Below are positions 9,101-16,505 of a DNA stretch of 32,000 nucleotides, in pieces (within the stretch, counting starts at the first letter, position 1; every line of letters begins with the position of its first letter). Under the pieces are notes generated by a model. The model was given only the letters and a program-made list of their open reading frames with translations. It did no database searches and had not been told where the DNA came from. The position numbers and the translations under genes were made by a program. The stretch comes from Candidatus Nanopusillus sp. GTDB lineage: Archaea > Nanobdellota > Nanobdellia > Nanobdellales > Nanobdellaceae. The stretch is from the NCBI GenBank assembly GCA_028276785.1, contig JAPYVP010000001.1, positions 30,001 through 62,000 of the forward strand. The letters are read 5' to 3'.

Positions 9101-10381
9101 GGTAATATATCTAACGTTGGAATTGGAAATCTTACAATAATTGTAAACCAAACACTTCCAGCTAAATCAATGAGCTTCTTATTACAACAGCAACAAAATT
9201 CACCACTATATATTTATTTCCCAACAAATTTATGTCCACATTATGACTGTAGAATAAATTATAGTGTAACATATCAAAATGCGTATGGATTGACAGTTTA
9301 TCCTTCAGTAACATATTACGGATATGTAGATATCAAATGGAATACATTAAATATATATACTAATCCATCATTAACGCAGATAACATATGGAAAACCATCA
9401 AACATAACATTGGCAATACAAAATACAGGACCAGTACCTGCTAAAAACATATCCGTACAAAATGTATATTATAATCCAAATTGTATACAGGTATTAAATA
9501 CTGGTGGTCAGATAGATTCATTAGATACGAATAGCATAGGTTATTTAAATGTAGAAATTAATATAACAAATCTATATTGTTCTTCACAGGATTATAATAT
9601 AACGTTTACAATTTATGGATGGAATACCTACATATATAATTATTCAATAATATTACCAGTAAGTTATATAATTTCTCCACCAAACGGAGCACAATTACAA
9701 TCATTAACAACATTCAATATAGTAGATAAGAATGCACAAGAATGTTATATAATATTTAATGGAGCTCAATTCTCTAGAAATTGTGATTCAAATTTTGTAT
9801 ATCAACAATATATGTGTGCAGGATCATTATGTAATACGCAAATTCAATCAGTAAATAATTATGCAAAGTTCTTTGGAAATTATATGTACTATAATTATTT
9901 AATGAATCAAACATCAATAATAGGAATAGCAGTTCCAACAAATGTAATAGGTTTATATGTAGGACAAGAATATGAATATATAATCTTGATAAAGAATTTA
10001 GTACCAACAAATATTCAATGTTCTCTGACACCAATTCCATCAACCACAAATAATAATGCAATTGTTACTAACTATAGTGTAAATGGTGTAAATAATAATG
10101 TGTTTACTATAAGTCCTTACGGATCTTCAGAATTAAACATAAGAATCTTGGGAGCTTCTAGTGGTGTAAGTAATTTAATATATGGCATATCATGTAATTC
10201 TACATATGGGTCTTCAACATTTAGTACTCAAGTTCCAATATACATATTGGGACCAAATAATGTAATAGCCAATTATACGCAACCTTCTCAAATAGTAGTA
10301 TCTGAAGGAGTATCTTTAACAGATTTAATTGGAATTGGAAGTTTAATATTGGGATTATTTGTTTTGCTTAGTATAATCTAA
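6119..10381 (+). CDS. Giant (1420 aa) secreted/anchored surface glycoprotein-like protein with two ectodomains
   Basis: Signal peptide MKKIYLLSFLLFSLYSIFSQG. An internal TM hairpin spans residues 508-547 and there is a C-terminal TM anchor (LIGIGSLILGLFVLLSII). The protein has dozens of N-x-S/T sequons. Segments such as LQPGESLNIQLNYTIPDNLPSGYYYV and GKPSNITLAIQNTGPVPAKNISV resemble CARDB/COG1361 S-layer-type beta-sandwich domains. Confidence 0.7.
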   Translation: MKKIYLLSFLLFSLYSIFSQGYNIWHSEYLYKPTAFLSINLLNNNLSVGQTLYYNVYINYRDIYYIPNASLVIQIIQKTDNNGIYPFQFTSNNQVYEYVIKNIYLQPGESLNIQLNYTIPDNLPSGYYYVVAYLYTPLSEIDGLPFIYYPGVYKEFYVNNPNNVPEIYIIKDHTYLSSSAIYTWGSLLSSSGYYYSSLSGPTGYGVSNYINLTVGIYSSIDTNATLNILISPWDDILYDPIYNYTEDIQLKEGYNTINIPYINVAILNPNAYSLKISLLYNNQTKSIYRLRFIVLGPTTRLGGVYLQGNGNLTFIVAPSPDHYTYPVTPNVVAEVYSNILGFKENIQLGNISWNNTKFTYVNLKLPLNSTSFDLCINLYSNNNFLNNNLNYGYCTYYFINKSNTYGIPLDNLIYVNYTNNYFYICSNISGILNIGYNSESNIIYTTSINNNCLNYTLDNGVYYISFYSSQYSNQWVIDNTVMQIPYNKSINQTQPINNVQNNYNYPNYYLIILIIFAVIILFMILRRKKLFIFALVLLPLLFNVNSQELYLSTSQICTPSDSLNITTRGFNGSVTVSYKFYNSSNVSQIFASGNYSYSGSNISIYNYTVYFNNLPLNLPNNINSAIINYNITVKNCTSSNCSQYYYNGSIYLNYPYYFEYYANPIYQGSNDAGRIIPGCPSSSRLLNSTYFNFTLIFPNGTSVVTRTNCPGSGDSYWGQNLCDLYLSDYTNDAGNYTYYGRYYYNNISFNQSFINNPLQVLVANSGEFTTQSCSHAWTITSVSSNPMSIYFSYYGPYSGSYYTYYNGIYVLAQNTSVGFNVSSGYNILCSDGVTRNNIPSVVAWLYSSNQYYNPSSFQYVQGISNLPFNFTQYGISRNIVYNIYPNKGLLISKNFPSGDSYFTLYNFSNNAGYYVIYRDYIKTICDNPVNYICDANGNLCNISYITGQAQGWLPISPEPGYYLLVINPNATVYLQNVTYYPYIYNVDPGVAIYIGNISNVGIGNLTIIVNQTLPAKSMSFLLQQQQNSPLYIYFPTNLCPHYDCRINYSVTYQNAYGLTVYPSVTYYGYVDIKWNTLNIYTNPSLTQITYGKPSNITLAIQNTGPVPAKNISVQNVYYNPNCIQVLNTGGQIDSLDTNSIGYLNVEINITNLYCSSQDYNITFTIYGWNTYIYNYSIILPVSYIISPPNGAQLQSLTTFNIVDKNAQECYIIFNGAQFSRNCDSNFVYQQYMCAGSLCNTQIQSVNNYAKFFGNYMYYNYLMNQTSIIGIAVPTNVIGLYVGQEYEYIILIKNLVPTNIQCSLTPIPSTTNNNAIVTNYSVNGVNNNVFTISPYGSSELNIRILGASSGVSNLIYGISCNSTYGSSTFSTQVPIYILGPNNVIANYTQPSQIVVSEGVSLTDLIGIGSLILGLFVLLSII

Positions 10382-10645
10382 TTTTTTTAACTTCTTTCTT
10401 ATTTCTAATATTGCATCATGAATTGCAGCACCAAGAAACAAAGATGTTAATATATGTAATTCATATAAATATGTTAACATTCCGATTATTGATAAATATA
10501 CATGGTGAACTTTTGCCCTATATTTTTTCGTCCGTGTTTTAATTTCAATAAATAATTCTGGCGAAAATTTTTTAATTATATAATCTGCTGAGAAATATCC
10601 CGCCAAGAATGATAAACTATAAGTTATTGCAATAATATCGCCCAT
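10355..10645 (-). CDS. Small membrane protein, unknown function
   Basis: 96 aa with about 3 hydrophobic segments and a Lys-rich C-terminus. Its 3' end overlaps the giant surface-protein gene convergently by 27 nt. A TATA element sits at the expected distance from its ATG. Confidence 0.45.
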   Translation of the reverse strand: MGDIIAITYSLSFLAGYFSADYIIKKFSPELFIEIKTRTKKYRAKVHHVYLSIIGMLTYLYELHILTSLFLGAAIHDAILEIRKKLKKLDYTKQNK

Positions 10646-10667
10646 TTTATAATAATGTCATTCATTA

Positions 10668-10677
10668 TTTTAAAAAA
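10668..10677. promoter_or_regulatory. Central A/T-symmetric TATA element shared by divergent genes (rps24e and the 96-aa gene)
   Basis: TTTTAAAAAA is centred in the 54-nt intergenic region. It spans -32..-23 from the rps24e ATG (10700) and -23..-32 from the minus-strand ATG (10645). Confidence 0.4.
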
Positions 10678-10699
10678 TTATATCATATAAATTAATTAC

Positions 10700-10984
10700 A
10701 TGGATCTAAAAATAATAAGTAGGGAAAATAATCAATTATTGAATAGAGAAGAAATTATTGTTTTGATAGATCATAAAAATGAACCAACACCAAAGAGGGA
10801 TGATATAAGGGAAAAAATTTCAGCAATGATTGGAAAAAATAAAAACTTAATTGTGGTAGAAAAAATATTGACAGAATTTGGAAAACAAAGATCAAAAGCA
10901 TTTGTAAATGTATATCAAAATGAGGAGGATATGAAAAAATTAGAGCCAAAACATATATTAAAAAGGAATAAGATTATACAATGA
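10700..10984 (+). CDS. rps24e: 30S ribosomal protein S24e
   Basis: 94 aa. NQLLNREEIIVLIDHKNEPTPKRDDIREKISAMIG...FGKQRSKAFVNVYQNEEDMKKLEPKHILKRN is typical of S24e. It shares an ATGA overlap with rps27ae, the conserved archaeal gene pair. Confidence 0.9.
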   Translation: MDLKIISRENNQLLNREEIIVLIDHKNEPTPKRDDIREKISAMIGKNKNLIVVEKILTEFGKQRSKAFVNVYQNEEDMKKLEPKHILKRNKIIQ

Positions 10985-11184
10985 GCAAAGAGAAAGATTT
11001 GAGAATATTAAAATTATACAAGGTTGAAGAAAATAAGGTAATTAGGTTAAAAAAAGTTTGCCCAAAATGTGGAAGATTTATGGCAGAACATAAAGATAGA
11101 TATCATTGTGGATATTGTGGATATACAGAATTTAAGCAAAAAATAGAAAAAAGATATATAAAGGAAATTGGAATACAAATATAG
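10981..11184 (+). CDS. rps27ae: 30S ribosomal protein S27ae (zinc ribbon)
   Basis: 67 aa with C4 ribbon CPKCG...CGYCG and the motif FMAEHKDRYHCG. Sits immediately after rps24e. Confidence 0.88.
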   Translation: MSKEKDLRILKLYKVEENKVIRLKKVCPKCGRFMAEHKDRYHCGYCGYTEFKQKIEKRYIKEIGIQI

Positions 11185-11488
11185 TATAAAATATTTTGGT
11201 CCTATTAGATCTTTTATTGGTTTAATGTTTCAATTGCCAAAAAAAGATACTATATATATTTTAGATCTAAAAAAAGATGTTGAAGGAGGGTTTGTTCACA
11301 CATTCTTTTGTTTAAAACCATTGGACATTTATCTATATAACTCAAATTTCGAATTAGTTCAATATTATAAAAAATTAAAGCCATTTAGAATTATAGTTCC
11401 AAAGAAAAAATTTAGATATATAATTGAAGGTTTGGATATAAATGATGATATGTTAAACTATTCAATAGAATATTTAAAATCTCTGTAA
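11168..11488 (+). CDS. Hypothetical protein, DUF192-like (candidate)
   Basis: 106 aa. The pattern GLMF...HTFFCLKPLDIYLYNSNFELV...YIIEG resembles the DUF192/COG1430 consensus (GLM..., W/FM...PLDI.F.d..g.V, yvLE..aG). The match is from memory only. The start is uncertain because it overlaps rps27ae by 17 nt. Confidence 0.4.
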   Translation: MEYKYSIKYFGPIRSFIGLMFQLPKKDTIYILDLKKDVEGGFVHTFFCLKPLDIYLYNSNFELVQYYKKLKPFRIIVPKKKFRYIIEGLDINDDMLNYSIEYLKSL

Positions 11489-11860
11489 ATTATTAGTTAA
11501 TATTTCTATCTCTATAAACAATCTATCTATTAAACTTTTTACTTCTTTTATTCCATTATTTATCTGTCCAAGAATTTCTATTTTTATACTTGGTGTTATG
11601 TAAGGGTTTTTACTTATTTCTTTATAATATAGAGTTATATAATCCTTTATACTTTCCAAAACACCTATTAATAACTTCATTGAATTTATTAAATTATTAA
11701 TTTCTTGCATTTGATAATTATATAAATAGTAAGGGTTCTCATTAAAATTTTTTTCATATGCATTTAAACTTTCTAATTGCAAAATATTGCTATTTATTTG
11801 TGATAGTAAATTCTTGATTTGGGCTAATAATTGATTTTCTAAATCTTGAATATTATCCAT
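11474..11860 (-). CDS. Hypothetical coiled-coil protein
   Basis: 128 aa with heptad-like Leu/Ile/Asn/Gln-rich helices at both ends. No family recognised. It lies just downstream of the C/D sRNA on the same strand. Confidence 0.5.
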   Translation of the reverse strand: MDNIQDLENQLLAQIKNLLSQINSNILQLESLNAYEKNFNENPYYLYNYQMQEINNLINSMKLLIGVLESIKDYITLYYKEISKNPYITPSIKIEILGQINNGIKEVKSLIDRLFIEIEILTNNLQRF

Positions 11861-11889
11861 AATTAATTAATATTTTAACTATCTTATAT

Positions 11890-11948
11890 TTTTTCAGGGA
11901 GGAGGTGTATTCATCATTTATTCAGTCGCGCGCAACATCATCATATAA
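11890..11948 (-). ncRNA. C/D-box sRNA (2'-O-methylation guide)
   Basis: The minus strand reads AUGAUGA (C, 11944-11938), UGUUGCGCGCGA (12-nt guide), CUGA (D', 11925-11922), AUAAA, UGAUGA (C', 11916-11911), AUACACCUCCUCC (13-nt guide) and CUGA (D, 11897-11894). All four boxes are perfect and the spacing is canonical for archaea. It is also the only GC-rich island in an intergenic region of this window. Confidence 0.85.
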
Positions 11949-12555
11949 ATTTTAATATTCCCTCCTTTTTATCTTTATTTAATATTTCTTTTATTGTTTT
12001 AAAATCTTGATCAAAATATTCTCTCCATTCTTTATGATATAATGTAGATGCTGGGTGTAATGTTGGTATTATTGTGATATTTTTTCCCCATTTATTTACT
12101 TTGAATATTTTTCCCCTTAATTTTGTTATTGAAGAAAATTTTAATTTGAAATAATTGAAAATCCATTTTGTTGAATAATGACCTAAAGTTACTATTATTT
12201 CCGGCTGAATTATTTCTAATTGTTTTTCTAACCAAAAAGAACATGCTTTTATTTCTTCTTCTTTCGGTTCTCTATTTTCCGGAGGTCTACATTTAACAAC
12301 ATTGGTTATATATACATCACTTCTATCCATGTTTAATATATTTTTTATATTTTCATTCAATACTTGTCCAGCTTTTCCAACAAATGGTTTTCCCTGTTTA
12401 TCTTCTTCCCTACCAGGTGCTTCTCCTATAAATAATATCCTAGAATTTGGATTACCGTCTCCAGGAACATAATTTGTTTTATATTTATATAAAGGACATC
12501 TGGTACATTCTGATATTTGATTATTTAGTTCATCAATCATCTTTCTTTTATCCAT
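11941..12555 (-). CDS. udg: Family 4 uracil-DNA glycosylase (4Fe-4S type)
   Basis: 204 aa. CTRCPL...[36 protein letters not shown] is the family-4 UDG motif, and further Cys at VVKCRPP and KACSFW complete the cluster. HPAS lies near the C-terminus. Confidence 0.9.
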   Translation of the reverse strand: MDKRKMIDELNNQISECTRCPLYKYKTNYVPGDGNPNSRILFIGEAPGREEDKQGKPFVGKAGQVLNENIKNILNMDRSDVYITNVVKCRPPENREPKEEEIKACSFWLEKQLEIIQPEIIVTLGHYSTKWIFNYFKLKFSSITKLRGKIFKVNKWGKNITIIPTLHPASTLYHKEWREYFDQDFKTIKEILNKDKKEGILKFI

Positions 12556-12588
12556 TAAAAATATAAGTATGATAATTATTTTAGTTTA

Positions 12589-13425
12589 ATGTTTGCACAT
12601 GCTCAAGGTGAATATAATGAATCAAAATGGATAATTATTGGAATTCCATCAGAAATTGGTAGTTTATCACATGTAAAAAATTATATTGAAGGGCCTGAAT
12701 CCATTAGAGATGCATCTTACAGAATATTTTCTCCAATATTTGGGGAAATAAATATGGAAGATATATATGACTATGGAGATATAGATTTGGAAGATATAAA
12801 GGATCTGGATAAATTATATGAAAAAATATATAAAGAAATTAAAAAAATATATAGGAAAGATAAAAAGTACATATTTTTAGGAGGAGATCATTCAATAACA
12901 TATCCAATATTAAAAGTTATTAAAGAAAACTGGGGGGATTTTTACTTATTGTATTTTGATGCCCATCCAGATATTCACCCCGACCCATATCCAAATTATC
13001 AAAGTTTTATTTATCATTTAATAAAGGAAAATTATATTGAACCTGAAAAAATTATTTATGTTGGTATATCTAATTTATCGTTCGAAGAAAAAAATATAAT
13101 AAAGGAGTGGGTGATAAGATATTATAATCCTTTGGATGTTTGGGATAATATAAAAGAAATTTCAAAGGAGATATCAAATATATTAGAAAATAAAAATTTA
13201 TATATTTCAGTTGATATAGATGTATTTGATACAGGATGTGGACATTGGTTAGAAGGTATTGGAATCAGACCATATCATTATTTTAAGATTATAAAAGAAT
13301 TAAGAAATATAAATTTAATTGGTTTTGATTTAGTAGAATTATTTTCAAACGAAGTATGTGATAATTTGGCTGCAAAAATTGTCATTGAATCGATAGCAAT
13401 CTTTAATAAATCTATGCAATCATGA
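12589..13425 (+). CDS. speB: Agmatinase / arginase-family ureohydrolase
   Basis: 278 aa. All three arginase-family metal-binding motifs are present: LGGDHSITYP, FDAHPDIHPD and SVDIDVFD. Confidence 0.8.
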   Translation: MFAHAQGEYNESKWIIIGIPSEIGSLSHVKNYIEGPESIRDASYRIFSPIFGEINMEDIYDYGDIDLEDIKDLDKLYEKIYKEIKKIYRKDKKYIFLGGDHSITYPILKVIKENWGDFYLLYFDAHPDIHPDPYPNYQSFIYHLIKENYIEPEKIIYVGISNLSFEEKNIIKEWVIRYYNPLDVWDNIKEISKEISNILENKNLYISVDIDVFDTGCGHWLEGIGIRPYHYFKIIKELRNINLIGFDLVELFSNEVCDNLAAKIVIESIAIFNKSMQS

Positions 13426-14059
13426 AATGTGTTTGATTAATTCTTTTTACATATACTGTTACAAGTTGATAAAATGTAATATTATTTACTGAATAACATG
13501 GTATGTAATTACATATAATATTTCCATTTGTATTTTCTGTACATGTTATATTTCCATATAAATTTGTTGGAAATAAAAATACAAAAGTTTGATTTGAAGT
13601 ATTTTTATTACTCAAACAAAAACTATATAAGAAATAATAAAAGTCTGAATAATAATTTTTACATATGGTAAATTTGATATAATCTAAAGAATAATATACT
13701 GAAATTGGATACGTATATGTATTACAATTTCCATTGAAATTTATAATTCCAAAACTATAATTACCAATTTCTGCTCTAAATGTATAGGGAAATATTGTAC
13801 AATTTGGAAGCATATTATAATATGTTTGATTGAATTGCCTTATTTTTTCCATTGTTGTGAAGTATATTGGATAATTTGGATATCCTATACAATTTGGAGA
13901 AAATAGGTTGTATATTATTTCTTGTTGATATGAAAAAGAAGTTTGTTCTTTATAATTTGTTAAATTAATGCTAGAAAATATCGCTAATAAAAGTATCATA
14001 CCTAATAAAAATAATACAGTTAATATTGTTATAAATACTATGGAAAATTGTCCTTTCAT
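13412..14059 (-). CDS. Pilin-like protein with canonical class III signal (operon gene 12)
   Basis: 215 aa. The N-terminus MKGQFSIVFITILTVLFLLGMILLLAIF fits the archaeal prepilin motif (K-G | Q-x-S followed by a hydrophobic helix). The mature part is Cys-containing and rich in N-x-S/T sequons. Confidence 0.6.
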   Translation of the reverse strand: MKGQFSIVFITILTVLFLLGMILLLAIFSSINLTNYKEQTSFSYQQEIIYNLFSPNCIGYPNYPIYFTTMEKIRQFNQTYYNMLPNCTIFPYTFRAEIGNYSFGIINFNGNCNTYTYPISVYYSLDYIKFTICKNYYSDFYYFLYSFCLSNKNTSNQTFVFLFPTNLYGNITCTENTNGNIICNYIPCYSVNNITFYQLVTVYVKRINQTHFMIA

Positions 14060-14067
14060 CTTTTATA

Positions 14068-15303
14068 TTAGAGATAATCTTTTATACATTCCTCTGGAAA
14101 TGGTATTGTTTCTGGGCATGTTGGGTTGTTAGGACATTGTCCAGGTAAACATACTGGACATTCTTCTCCACCAATTATACACATATAGCATTCAACTGGG
14201 ATTGAATAATAATATGGGAATGTAAATATTATTTTTGAATCTTCTCTACTTATGCTTACATCACCACATCCATCTATTGCGGAACATGAATATTTTTGAT
14301 CTTGTAATGTACAACTTTTCGATATTGCTTCTTTATTTGTTTCGTTGTATATTCCCGTACAACTATATATACAATTTAGATAATATTTGTTTGTTACATT
14401 TTCATAAAAAACTATTGAAGTAATAGTTATGGATTGTGGATATGTATTCCCATTATAATATACATTATATCTATTATCAGAACATTTTAATATTACTCTA
14501 CAAGCAATTTCTCTAGGATATAAACATATTTCACATAATGGAATATCCACACACTTATGTGGGATTATTGTTTCGTTACATTGAATATACGGATTATTTG
14601 AAAATTGTTCAAATCTCCTTGCACAATTATTGGTTGTAACATTATTAAATAATGTATTTACACAATCTTGAAAAGAACATTCGGGAAATTCTTCTAAAGA
14701 AAATTGGTATGCTAGATTATATAAATAAAATGCTGGATTGTTTGTTATATTTGATGTAGATGCATAGGGAATTATTGAACCAGAGGAAGGTCCAGTAATA
14801 TTTATATATACTCCTTGAACATAAACAGGAAAGTTATAATTATATTTTCCGGAATATATATCATCACATGTTCCTAGAATACCAGCTCGATAATTATTTG
14901 AAAAATTGAAAGATATATTATATGGATGATAGTATCTATATGCAAACAAATATTGTTCCCCATAACTTATTAAGCTTGTAAATCCAGAAGTTAGCAAATT
15001 ATTGTAATATTGAATCGCATTTTCACATGGTTGTGGTAATATACACTGAGGAGGAAAAGAAGCCCAGTTTTCTTTTCCCCAACCACTTGTTCCTGCTACA
15101 TAAGATTTTGCATAACCCTCCTGTGTTAGTGCTGTTTGTAAATATCCTAAAAGGTAGTTTGATAAAGTTGATAAAGATGTAAATCTACCAAAAACAACAT
15201 TCTGATTATAATTATATGTTAATGCATAAAAAGATAGAAGAATTATTAATATAGAAACTGTCAAAAATAGAACTACATAAATACTTTCTGTTTGATTTCT
15301 CAT
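14068..15303 (-). CDS. Cysteine-rich secreted/anchored protein with pilin-like N-terminus (operon gene 11)
   Basis: 411 aa. The N-terminus is MRNQTESIYVVLFLTVSILIILLSFYAL. I count 24 Cys, with a dense C-terminal cluster ECYMCIIGGEECPVCLPGQCPNNPTCPETIPFPEEC. Its start shares an ATGA overlap with the stop of the upstream gene. No family recognised. Confidence 0.6.
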   Translation of the reverse strand: MRNQTESIYVVLFLTVSILIILLSFYALTYNYNQNVVFGRFTSLSTLSNYLLGYLQTALTQEGYAKSYVAGTSGWGKENWASFPPQCILPQPCENAIQYYNNLLTSGFTSLISYGEQYLFAYRYYHPYNISFNFSNNYRAGILGTCDDIYSGKYNYNFPVYVQGVYINITGPSSGSIIPYASTSNITNNPAFYLYNLAYQFSLEEFPECSFQDCVNTLFNNVTTNNCARRFEQFSNNPYIQCNETIIPHKCVDIPLCEICLYPREIACRVILKCSDNRYNVYYNGNTYPQSITITSIVFYENVTNKYYLNCIYSCTGIYNETNKEAISKSCTLQDQKYSCSAIDGCGDVSISREDSKIIFTFPYYYSIPVECYMCIIGGEECPVCLPGQCPNNPTCPETIPFPEECIKDYL

Positions 15304-16505
15304 AATTTTAATTTAACATGAAGGTATATAAGTGTTAATATAATCATTGTTACTACCAATCCATGTATTATACCTAGTATTTTCATTATATTTGGTATAG
15401 ATAATATACTTAATGGAGGACCTCCATATACTGCAAATTCTAGTAACTCTCCAATTACAACTTGTATTATAAGTAATATTCCAATTGTAATACCAATAGC
15501 TTTTTTAATTGGTTTTTTAACATTACTAAATAGTTTATAATGTATTCCCATGAAGAAAAATATCATAGCCATAAGATATCTTGTATGTAGAGCATAAGAA
15601 GTAAAATCTTTATATGATGTAAATAATGCGCCCAAAAATATTATCAAGACCATAGTAAATAGTAAGAAGTAATTTGTGAAATGATCATTTTTCATGCTCT
15701 TATAAATTAAGAAATAAATAATAAATTCAAATATGGATAAAAATATAAGAGCTTTATATACAGTAATCTGATATTTTACAATTAAACCCTCTGAAGCTAG
15801 ATTACTATAAGATGATAACCCGTATATAGCTATAATAAGTTGTAATATTATAATAAAAAATATTAATAAAAATATGTACTTTTTATATTTATAAATTTCT
15901 GATAATTTTTTGAATATTTTTGTTCTTACTATAAGTATTTCATTGCCATTAGAATATACAATCAGAAATAGAAATATGGCAAATACAATAAACAAAGTTG
16001 AATATAATATTTTGAAAGTATAAATATTTGATAATGCAAAATTAATGATTGAACCAACTATAGGCCCTGTTGCTACTTCTAAATCTATGGTTATAACGTT
16101 GATTACCAATTCAAGGAAAAATAGTATTATAAATAAAACTAAAGAAAGCACATAAAATATTAAAGATTTTTTTGAAATATAAAAGTTATTTTCAAATAAA
16201 TAATATCCTAGAGCAAATGCTATAAAGTAAAATATCCAATAATTTATTGAAAGACCAAGTGATAAACGTACTAATAAAGGCCAATCTTGATAATAGAGAG
16301 TTCCAAAAATTATAAATGGTATAAGTAAAAATACTGACTTATATATCAAAGAAGTATTCTTCGAATTTTTTAATATAAAAGATAATAAAAATAGATATAT
16401 TGTACCAAAGATAATTATGTTAATATTAAATTTACTATCAAAAGTAAAAAATAAGAATATTAATAGATATAAAAGAAATAAAATTTTATCTTGTTTTTTT
16501 ACCAT
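15300..16505 (-). CDS. Polytopic membrane protein, Cys-free, unknown function (operon gene 10)
   Basis: 401 aa with about 11 hydrophobic helices. It overlaps the upstream gene by 7 nt and the downstream gene by 4 nt. No family recognised. Confidence 0.6.
   Translation of the reverse strand: MVKKQDKILFLLYLLIFLFFTFDSKFNINIIIFGTIYLFLLSFILKNSKNTSLIYKSVFLLIPFIIFGTLYYQDWPLLVRLSLGLSINYWIFYFIAFALGYYLFENNFYISKKSLIFYVLSLVLFIILFFLELVINVITIDLEVATGPIVGSIINFALSNIYTFKILYSTLFIVFAIFLFLIVYSNGNEILIVRTKIFKKLSEIYKYKKYIFLLIFFIIILQLIIAIYGLSSYSNLASEGLIVKYQITVYKALIFLSIFEFIIYFLIYKSMKNDHFTNYFLLFTMVLIIFLGALFTSYKDFTSYALHTRYLMAMIFFFMGIHYKLFSNVKKPIKKAIGITIGILLIIQVVIGELLEFAVYGGPPLSILSIPNIMKILGIIHGLVVTMIILTLIYLHVKLKL

Noticed and set aside
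11938-11946. The ATGATGATG run on the minus strand considered as stacked alternative start codons for a small ORF.
   Set aside because: It sits at the udg stop codon and forms the C box of a complete C/D sRNA with matching D', C' and D boxes. No meaningful ORF follows it.
12589-13425. Possible inactive agmatinase, because the third motif reads DIDVFDTG rather than DxDxxDP.
   Set aside because: All six canonical Mn-ligand positions (GGDH, DAHPD, DID) are present. Only a non-ligand Pro differs, so there is no basis to call it a pseudoenzyme.
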